Below, piece by piece: positions 57,438 through 64,000 of a DNA stretch of 64,000 nucleotides. How positions within the stretch are numbered: position 1 is the stretch's first letter; the number at the start of each line of letters is the position of its first letter. The position numbers and the translations under genes are program-made. Origin of the DNA: Bacilli bacterium (GTDB taxonomy: Bacteria; Bacillota_I; Bacilli_A; RFN20; CAG-826); contig JAZQOV010000001.1 of assembly GCA_045628045.1 (NCBI GenBank), forward strand, positions 88,151 through 152,150, written 5' to 3'. The notes beneath the pieces are model-generated. The model saw nothing but the letters and a program-made list of their open reading frames with translations. It did no database searches and had not been told where the DNA came from.

Positions 57438-58421
57438 TTAGTGTCTGATTATTTTTTTACTAAACCACGTAAATGGTTTTAGTAATGGAATTACAACCAA
57501 TGCTGTACAAATGTTGAATGTCAAGTGGAATAATGCAACTTTAAATTCAACATTAATACGTAATCCTTCAGCGAAACTATATAAATAGTTTGCTAATGGT
57601 GTATAAACAACCGCAAAGTAAATTGCAGCGCCTATAACGTTGAACATAGTATGGAAACATGCAACACGTCTTGCATTTCTTGAGCTTCCTGAAGAAGCAA
57701 TGATTGACGTAATACATGTACCAATGTTCGCTCCTGCGACAAGAGCAAACGCGCTAGGTAATGGGAGCATAGCTCCTGATACCAAGAAGACAACCATCGA
57801 AGTAACAACTGATGATGATTGCACCACAGCAGTTAATAGTGCTGCGATTGATGCTAGGATGAGCGGATTTGATGTTGAATTAAATACTTTGTTAACAAAG
57901 TCATGGAAGAATGGGTCATTCATACTGGATTCCAAGAGTTGGATACCAATGAAGAGAATACCGAATCCTGCGATGATTTCGCCGAATATCTTCACTTCTT
58001 TCTTTTTAGAAAGCATCGGGATAGCACCAAGGAATGCAAAGAATGCAAATATTGATGTTAAGTCAAAAGAAGACAAAGAGACGATGAATGTTGTTAACGT
58101 TGTACCGATATTAGCACCGATAATACAGGCACAAGCTTGGAACAATGTAATTGTCCCAACATCCGCTAGACGTACAAGTGTAACGCTTGTAACATCCGAT
58201 GACTGCACAAGTGCAGTGTAAGTGAGGCCTGCGCCCACACCTTCGAATCTATTTCGACAACAGAATGAACGTGTGAAGAACAAATTTGATTTAATTGTTG
58301 CTGCGGCAGTTCCTCTAGACATTAAGTTAACACCGACCAAAAAGCATCCGCACGCTGTTAAGACAAGCGCGATAGATTTAATGGTTTCCCAAAAGGTGCT
58401 AATTGATGCGGCAAAAACCAT
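57438..58421 (-). CDS. Na+/phosphate cotransporter family protein lacking the C-terminal PhoU domain
   Basis: Duplicated QSS(D/S) and GANIGT motifs, GFGILFIG, FHTMFN/FHLTFN. Confidence 0.85.
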   Translation of the reverse strand: MVFAASISTFWETIKSIALVLTACGCFLVGVNLMSRGTAAATIKSNLFFTRSFCCRNRFEGVGAGLTYTALVQSSDVTSVTLVRLADVGTITLFQACACIIGANIGTTLTTFIVSLSSFDLTSIFAFFAFLGAIPMLSKKKEVKIFGEIIAGFGILFIGIQLLESSMNDPFFHDFVNKVFNSTSNPLILASIAALLTAVVQSSSVVTSMVVFLVSGAMLPLPSAFALVAGANIGTCITSIIASSGSSRNARRVACFHTMFNVIGAAIYFAVVYTPLANYLYSFAEGLRINVEFKVALFHLTFNICTALVVIPLLKPFTWFSKKIIRH

Positions 58422-58426
58422 AATCC

Positions 58427-59923
58427 TTATTTTTTATCAACTGGTTTAACGTCTTTGATGACTTTAGCTTCTTTTTTTGCTTCGCCAAAAGCATCAGCAA
58501 CGACATGTGCGCCAGTAATAAAATCGCCTAAATCGTTTGGAATGAAGACTTTGTTTGCAGAGCCTTTTGAAACTTCTTGAAGGGTTTCGAAACCTTTGAG
58601 TTTCATGTGTTCTTCCATAACACCTTCGTCTTTCATCTTCTTGTATGCTTGAGCTCTTAAGATGTTTGCTCTCTTTTCGCGTTCTGCGATGAGAACATCA
58701 TCCATAGCTTCTTGCATTTCTGAAGCAAGTTCAAAGTCTTTAATTTCAACACGGTTTGCCTTAATACCCCAGTTATTTGTGGCAATATCAAGTTCTTGAC
58801 GGATTTGTTTATTAATATCGCGACGTGCATTTAAAGCATCTTCAAGTGTTAAACTTGAAACGATATTACGTAATGTGGTAATAGCAAGAAGAGTTAATGA
58901 TTCTTCTGGCTGATCAACGCCGTAGTAATAAAGGAATGGATCTGTAATTGAGAAGAAAATAACAATATTTGCACCGATTGATGCATTGTCTTTTGTAATT
59001 AAATTGATTGAATCAAAATTGTGTAAGTCACGTCCGCCAGTGATATATATTGGTTCCTCGTCAAAACGTTTTAAGATAACATCACGGACTCTTGGATTTG
59101 ATGTATCAATGTGTCTTTCACGAAGATCAACATAATCAAGAATCTGATTTTCAGCCATTGGGTAAAAACCTGCTCTAACACTATGTGGGTCTTGGTGTCT
59201 AGGATAATATTTAACGCTGGCTGCTAAAGCATCCTTATCACGGACTGCTCTAACTAAATCTTCGTCAGCTTTGTATGGATTGATTCCAAGTGATTTGTAT
59301 GCACTTGTTAATGCGTCCATACTGTTCTTGGCCATGGTGACGTCGTCAATTAATTGATTTAAATTTTTACCACTTCTACTCTTGCAAATTGAGTTATAGT
59401 CAAGGCCGTCGCCATATGCAGCGGAAACATTTTCGCCTCTATCAATGAAATCTTCTCTGACCAAAAGACGAATATCTTTATTTAATTTTTTTGCAATATA
59501 ATGAACTAAGCGATCATTTTGTCTTGCGAGTCTTGCTGCATCTGTTTCATTAAGACCTTTTCTGCTTTTTGAATCATTATAAAAATGAATAACTTTTGAG
59601 TTGCGATTTCTTTCGTATGCATCTCTTTCTGAAATTGATAAAACATTCCATGGAACTGGAGCAATCTTATCAAATGGCCTGAAGATAATGTGAAGACCTT
59701 CTTTAAGAGTTCTGTTGTAAGAGCCAAATCTTTCAACAATTTTTCTTGTACCTTGTTTGACGATAATGATACAAGAGCTTAGATAGATAAATAAAATTAA
59801 AACCATTACAACACCAGCGATGGCTGCTGCGATGATTGCAATTCTGTTGTTCGCGAGCTTTTCAGCTTCTTCTGCAGCTAATTGAGCTTCATCCACGAAC
59901 GATTTCATAATTGAAATATCCAT
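58427..59923 (-). CDS. SPFH/Band-7 (stomatin-like) protein with large internal insertions
   Basis: TM then IVERFGSY.RTL.EGLH..PFD, VDLRE, ITKDN, LRNIV, WGIKANRVEIKD, AEREKRA. Confidence 0.88.
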   Translation of the reverse strand: MDISIMKSFVDEAQLAAEEAEKLANNRIAIIAAAIAGVVMVLILFIYLSSCIIIVKQGTRKIVERFGSYNRTLKEGLHIIFRPFDKIAPVPWNVLSISERDAYERNRNSKVIHFYNDSKSRKGLNETDAARLARQNDRLVHYIAKKLNKDIRLLVREDFIDRGENVSAAYGDGLDYNSICKSRSGKNLNQLIDDVTMAKNSMDALTSAYKSLGINPYKADEDLVRAVRDKDALAASVKYYPRHQDPHSVRAGFYPMAENQILDYVDLRERHIDTSNPRVRDVILKRFDEEPIYITGGRDLHNFDSINLITKDNASIGANIVIFFSITDPFLYYYGVDQPEESLTLLAITTLRNIVSSLTLEDALNARRDINKQIRQELDIATNNWGIKANRVEIKDFELASEMQEAMDDVLIAEREKRANILRAQAYKKMKDEGVMEEHMKLKGFETLQEVSKGSANKVFIPNDLGDFITGAHVVADAFGEAKKEAKVIKDVKPVDKK

Positions 59924-59948
59924 AAGTTTTCTCCTCTATTTGCTTTTT

Positions 59949-59977
59949 ATTATATAAAAGGAAAATGCCTGTTTCAA
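59949..59977 (-). promoter_or_regulatory. Sigma-A promoter of the SPFH operon
   Basis: Minus strand TTGAAA-17-TATAAT, then SD GAGGAG. Confidence 0.75.
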
Positions 59978-60041
59978 TAAAATATTATTATTTTAAGCAA
60001 AATTACGATGAAATATTGAGAAAAACTGTCATTTTCCGCAG

Positions 60042-60070
60042 TTGAGAACTGCCCTCACAAGGGTTAAAAT
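60042..60070 (+). promoter_or_regulatory. Sigma-A promoter of the small ORF-Dabb-EamA operon
   Basis: TTGAGA-17-TAAAAT. Confidence 0.65.
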
Positions 60071-60103
60071 ATCAACGAATTATTTGAAAAAACCGGTAAA
60101 TTT

Positions 60104-60244
60104 ATGGGAAAAAAGCAAAAAATCCAAAAAGAAAAGCAAATTATTTCGAAAGCTGACAAAGAAATGATTGATGAGCTCGACTATGAGTATAAAAAAACTC
60201 ACAAACCATACGATAAGTGGGAAAGACACTGGGACGAAGCCTAA
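60104..60244 (+). CDS. Small 46-aa hypothetical protein (below the ORF track length cutoff)
   Basis: MGKKQKIQKEKQIISKADKEMIDELDYEYKKTHKPYDKWERHWDEA*; TAATG overlap with the next gene; downstream of a promoter. Confidence 0.55.
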   Translation: MGKKQKIQKEKQIISKADKEMIDELDYEYKKTHKPYDKWERHWDEA

Positions 60245-60531
60245 TGAAACACTACATTATTGTCAAATGGAATAATTTAATGACAGATAAGCACGAAAAA
60301 GTTGCCGAAATCCGCCATATTTTCGAAAAAACCTTAGAAATTCCGGGAATAAATAAAATAGAAATAAAAGAAAATGTTGTTGATCGCGAAAACCGATTTG
60401 ATTTAATGATTTGCATCGAAATGGATAAAAAATCACTAGAAAAATATGATGAATCAGAACCTCATCATGAGTGGAAAGAAAGGTTCGGAAAATACATCGA
60501 AAAGAAGACAATTTTCGATGCGGAAAATTAG
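60244..60531 (+). CDS. Dabb (stress-responsive A/B barrel) family protein
   Basis: MKHYIIVKW...IPGI...FDL...LEKY..SEPH...FD pattern. Confidence 0.8.
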   Translation: MKHYIIVKWNNLMTDKHEKVAEIRHIFEKTLEIPGINKIEIKENVVDRENRFDLMICIEMDKKSLEKYDESEPHHEWKERFGKYIEKKTIFDAEN

Positions 60532-60537
60532 CTAAAA

Positions 60538-61443
60538 ATGAATTATATTTTGTTTGCAATTTTTGCTTTAATATCTAGCGTAGGAAATACGATTTTTAAT
60601 CGTATTTCATCAAACAAGATAGGAAGCGTCCTTTCTGCGACAATTAAGTCATTAATGATGACACTCGCGTGTTTCCTTATTTGTTTAGCGTTCGGGCACG
60701 TGAAAGAAATCTATGTTTTGAATGCGGAAGAATGGATGTGGGTTGTCATTCTAGGTTTGATTACGGTTGTTGATTGGTTATTTTACTTTTTAGCACTCAA
60801 GCGTTCTCATCTCGAGGCGTTTGCTCCATTTGAAGCATCTGCTATTTTGTTTTCTTCAAATTTACTTTTTTCAATCTTTATGACTGATTCCGCAACTGTC
60901 GGCGGATCAACAAGAAATATAATTTTGGTTTCGCTCGGTCTCGTTTTCATTTTCGCTTCGATGCTTTACTCAGCATTTAACAAGAAGATAAATCCTAAGG
61001 GAAAACTACTTTGGGTTTTGTTCTCAATCATCTCTGCAACTGCCCTTGCATTTACATTAGTTGTCGCAACAAAAATAAAGCAAACTGGTGTTGAATCTGA
61101 TGTTGTTGCATTTCATCAAATGTCAGTCGTTTTTGTGGTTTGTTTAGTTATGCTTTTCTTCAGCAAAGACAGGAAAGAAATTAAGGCAGTTAACGCAAAA
61201 ATGTACGTGAATTTCCTAATATCTGCCGTTTTTAACGCACTTATGATGGTGTTTAGATATCTTGCTCTTGGGCAGCAAAATTCAAATCAATCAGTTGTAA
61301 ATATTATTGTTGGTTTGGACTTCGTTTTCGTCTCAATAGCTACAGTTTTATTCTTTAAAGCAGACAACAAAAAGCAATTATTGATTTTGATACTTTTAGT
61401 TGTGGCAGGAATGATTTTCAATGCTCTGCCAGCTTTATTATAG
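60538..61443 (+). CDS. EamA/DMT-family transporter
   Basis: About 10 TM segments in two repeats; WLFYFLALK. Confidence 0.75.
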   Translation: MNYILFAIFALISSVGNTIFNRISSNKIGSVLSATIKSLMMTLACFLICLAFGHVKEIYVLNAEEWMWVVILGLITVVDWLFYFLALKRSHLEAFAPFEASAILFSSNLLFSIFMTDSATVGGSTRNIILVSLGLVFIFASMLYSAFNKKINPKGKLLWVLFSIISATALAFTLVVATKIKQTGVESDVVAFHQMSVVFVVCLVMLFFSKDRKEIKAVNAKMYVNFLISAVFNALMMVFRYLALGQQNSNQSVVNIIVGLDFVFVSIATVLFFKADNKKQLLILILLVVAGMIFNALPALL

Positions 61444-61462
61444 AAAACAATTAAATTTAATG

Positions 61463-61486
61463 AACCGCTGCTGAAAGCGGTTTTTT
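61463..61486 (+). terminator. Terminator after the EamA gene
   Basis: AACCGCT-GCTGAA-AGCGGTT followed by a T tract. Confidence 0.8.
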
Positions 61487-61559
61487 GTATTTTTGTTTAA
61501 TATTTAATAAAAAAGAAGTAAAATATTTACGCTTTTTAATTAAAGAAAGAAGGAAAAAT

Positions 61560-62534
61560 ATGCCATTAGTTAATACTAAAGAAATGTTTGCTAAAGCTTA
61601 TAATGGCGGATACGCAATTGGTGCATTTAACTGCAACAATATGGAAATTGTCCAAGCTATTACTGAAGCCGCAAAAGAATGCAATTCACCAGTTATTCTT
61701 CAAGTTTCTGCTGGTGCAAGAAAGTATGCAAAACCAGTTTATTTAAGAAAAATGGTTGAAGCTGCTGTTGAAGATACAGGACTTCCAATTGTTTTACACT
61801 TAGATCACGGTGCAGACTTTGAAATGTGTAAAGATTGTATCGATGGTGGATTTACATCAGTTATGATTGATGCATCAAGCAAACCATTCGAAGAAAACAT
61901 TGAAATTACTCGTAAGGTTGTTGAATATGCTCACGCTCATAAACCATACGTTACAGTTGAAGCTGAACTTGGAACTTTAGCAGGCATCGAAGATGATGTT
62001 AAAGTTGAACACGGAAATGAAAGTTATACAAAGCCAGAAGATGTCGAAGAATTCGTTCGCAGAACTGGTTGTGATAGTTTAGCTATCGCAATTGGTACAT
62101 CACATGGTGCTTATAAGTTCAAACCAGAACAATGTACACGTGATCCAAAGACCGGTGTTCTCTGCCCACCTCCACTAAGATTTGATATCTTACATGAAGT
62201 TGAAAAGAGACTCCCAGGATTCCCAATTGTTTTACACGGTTCAAGCTCTGTTAACCAAGAATACGTTAAAATCATTAACGAAAATGGTGGAAAACTTGCT
62301 GATGCAGTCGGCATTCCAGAAGAACAATTAAGAGAAGCTGCAAAATCTGCAGTTTGTAAAATCAACATTGATAGCGACTTAAGACTTGCTATGACAGCAG
62401 GCATTCGTGAACACATGAATGCAAGCCCAGATCATTTCGATCCACGTCAATATGTTGGTGATGGTCGTAAATATGTCAAAGAAGTTGTCAAACACAAGAT
62501 CATGACAGTTCTTGGCTCAAATGATAAAATCTAA
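61560..62534 (+). CDS. fba: Fructose-bisphosphate aldolase class II
   Basis: AIGAFN, HLDHG, VEAELG, IGTSHGAYK, VLHGSS, KINIDSD. Confidence 0.97.
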   Translation: MPLVNTKEMFAKAYNGGYAIGAFNCNNMEIVQAITEAAKECNSPVILQVSAGARKYAKPVYLRKMVEAAVEDTGLPIVLHLDHGADFEMCKDCIDGGFTSVMIDASSKPFEENIEITRKVVEYAHAHKPYVTVEAELGTLAGIEDDVKVEHGNESYTKPEDVEEFVRRTGCDSLAIAIGTSHGAYKFKPEQCTRDPKTGVLCPPPLRFDILHEVEKRLPGFPIVLHGSSSVNQEYVKIINENGGKLADAVGIPEEQLREAAKSAVCKINIDSDLRLAMTAGIREHMNASPDHFDPRQYVGDGRKYVKEVVKHKIMTVLGSNDKI

Positions 62535-62551
62535 AAATAAATCAAAGATTT

Positions 62552-62578
62552 AAAGCACGATTTGGATCGTGCTTTTTT
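62552..62578 (+). terminator. fba terminator
   Basis: AAAGCACGAT-TTGG-ATCGTGCTTTTTT. Confidence 0.88.
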
Positions 62579-62587
62579 AATAAATGT

Positions 62588-62616
62588 TTGACAAAATTTT
62601 ATCATAATGATAAAAT
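62588..62616 (+). promoter_or_regulatory. Consensus sigma-A promoter of rarA (leaderless geometry)
   Basis: TTGACA-17-TAAAAT with extended TG; ATG 6 nt downstream; no SD. Confidence 0.82.
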
Positions 62617-62622
62617 TTTAAT

Positions 62623-63855
62623 ATGGAACCATTGGCAGAAACACTTAGACCTAAAACCCTTGATGATGTAATTGGTCAGCATCATCTTTTAGACAAAGGA
62701 AAGCTCATGAGGAAGGTGATCGAATCCGGTCGCATTTCAAACATGATTTTTTATGGTCCTCCAGGAGTTGGTAAAACAACAATTGCGAACATCATCGCAG
62801 AGAACACAAAAATGTCTCTTCATAAATTAAATGGTACAACTGCAAATATTGACGATATCAAACGTATTATTGCAGAAGCAAAGTCTGTTTTTGGCCAAAA
62901 TGGAATTTTACTTTATTTGGATGAAATCCAATACCTTAATAAAAAACAACAACAATCATTACTCGATTTTGTTGAACGCGGCGATATTACCTTAATCGCT
63001 TCAACAACAGAAAATCCATATTTTTATGTTTATCCAGCCTTAATTTCTAGATGCACTGTTTTTGAGTTTAAATCAATTTTAATTGATGATATTAAAGAAG
63101 GACTTAAAAAAGCTGCAAAGAAAATAGGCGTAAAAATTAACCCAGATGCTTTAGAAAAATTAGCAATGGGCGCTAACGGCGACATGCGTAAAGCTCTAAA
63201 CAATTTAGAATTTTTAGTAAATGGATTAGATGAAAAGAAAACAATTAATATAAGCGCTGTCGATGAGCTCATTAGCAAAGCTAATATTTCATATGATAGA
63301 GATCAAGATTCTCATTATGACAATCTCTCGGCATTAATGAAATCATTAAGAGGTTCTGATCCTGATGCAGCAGTTTTCTATTTAGCAAAAATGCTTGAAG
63401 CTGGCGATATTATCGCTGCAAGTAGAAGACTTCTTTGCTCCGCAAATGAAGATGTAGGATTAGCCTATCCTCAAATAATTCCAATTGTTAAGGCTGCAGT
63501 CGATACAGCATTGCAGCTTGGGATGCCTGAAGCTTATTTACCTTTAACAAATGCTGCTATACTAATAGCAACCGCTCCAAAATCTAATTCTGGATGTCTT
63601 GCATATATGGCAGCAGTCCAAGATATAAAACTCGGAAAAGGGATTGGAGTTCCGAGACAACTTCAAAATACACATTTCGATGGTGAAGATGCAAAAGTGA
63701 AAGGGCAAAATTATAAATACCCGCACGATTACGCTCATCATTGGGTAAAGCAACAATACTTACCAGACGATGTTAAAAACCAACATTACTATAAACCTGG
63801 CGACAATAAAGTTGAACAAGCCACTAAAGAGTATTGGGAAAAAATAAAAAGATAG
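62623..63855 (+). CDS. rarA: Replication-associated recombination protein A (MgsA/RarA)
   Basis: PLAETLRP, GPPGVGKT, STTENP, KSLRGSDPDA, EDVGLA, YKYPHD. Confidence 0.96.
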   Translation: MEPLAETLRPKTLDDVIGQHHLLDKGKLMRKVIESGRISNMIFYGPPGVGKTTIANIIAENTKMSLHKLNGTTANIDDIKRIIAEAKSVFGQNGILLYLDEIQYLNKKQQQSLLDFVERGDITLIASTTENPYFYVYPALISRCTVFEFKSILIDDIKEGLKKAAKKIGVKINPDALEKLAMGANGDMRKALNNLEFLVNGLDEKKTINISAVDELISKANISYDRDQDSHYDNLSALMKSLRGSDPDAAVFYLAKMLEAGDIIAASRRLLCSANEDVGLAYPQIIPIVKAAVDTALQLGMPEAYLPLTNAAILIATAPKSNSGCLAYMAAVQDIKLGKGIGVPRQLQNTHFDGEDAKVKGQNYKYPHDYAHHWVKQQYLPDDVKNQHYYKPGDNKVEQATKEYWEKIKR

Positions 63856-63859
63856 CATA

Positions 63860-64000
63860 TGAACTGAACCCCAAATAGTTCACAAGAAAATAAAAAGACC
63901 TCTTGCTATATAATAAAAGCAGGAGGTTTTTTTATGGCATTAAAAGGGCAGAAATTTGCAAAGCATGATGCTAATTTAAAACAAGAAATACTCAAAGAGT
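63860..64000 (+). mobile_element. Left end of an IS3-family (IS150-group-like) insertion sequence, truncated by the window
   Basis: Begins TGAACTGAACCCCAAA, a typical IS150/IS861-type IRL; RBS-occluding hairpin; ORF starting at 63934. Confidence 0.75.
63934..63999 (+). CDS. Transposase OrfA N-terminus (partial)
   Basis: AGGAGG SD, then MALKGQKFAKHDANLKQEILKE, open to the window end. Confidence 0.65.
   Translation, partial: MALKGQKFAKHDANLKQEILKE

Noticed and set aside
57640-58221. Long antisense or alternate-frame ORFs (also 37597-38124, 19439-19888, 34340-34780, 5815-6198)
   Set aside because: They lie within or almost entirely opposite well-supported genes, have no motifs or RBS, and fit codon-bias shadows.
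59140-59650. Intein or intron as the explanation for the SPFH insertion
   Set aside because: No Cys/Ser start with His-Asn end, no LAGLIDADG or HNH motif, and the reading frame is continuous.
55118-60000. Genomic island integrated at tRNA-Ala
   Set aside because: No integrase and no duplicated tRNA 3' end seen in the window.
60010-60075. Riboswitch in the SPFH/Dabb intergenic region
   Set aside because: The short hairpins match no aptamer I recognise and coincide with promoter elements, upstream of the predicted transcription starts.
1-64000. CRISPR array, prophage, rRNA or recognisable anti-phage defence genes
   Set aside because: Intergenic gaps are short with no spaced direct repeats, and no Cas, phage structural or restriction-modification motifs were recognised.

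Overview
Low-GC, gene-dense bacterial chromosome segment starting just downstream of the likely replication origin (yaaA-recF-gyrB-gyrA-serS). Gene content and order point to a reduced-genome Firmicute (Bacilli/Erysipelotrichales-like; this is inference). It uses the standard genetic code: TGA is a stop and prfB is present. Most of the window is housekeeping: a dnaX-ebfC-recR-tmk-holB-ricT-rsmI block, prfA-prmC-tsaC-rpiB, comFA-comFC-secA-prfB-uvrB-secG, metG, rpmE, fba and rarA. It also holds a small SRP RNA, tRNA-Ala(CGC), an L31 leader-like RNA and the left end of an IS3-family element at the far end. The best leads are: (1) a single-ORF fusion of arginine decarboxylase and agmatine deiminase followed by aguB, giving a two-gene Arg-to-putrescine route; (2) a three-gene membrane operon of an SPFH protein with a ~170-aa insertion, a PhoU-less Na/Pi-type transporter and an NfeD multidomain fusion; (3) a P-type ATPase whose M4 cation-binding Glu is replaced by Ile; (4) tandem endonuclease-I lipoproteins; (5) quinolone-resistance-type residues in both gyrase subunits; (6) recurrent leaderless promoters. 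No CRISPR array, prophage or rRNA gene was seen. All family calls come from motif recognition by eye, not database searches.
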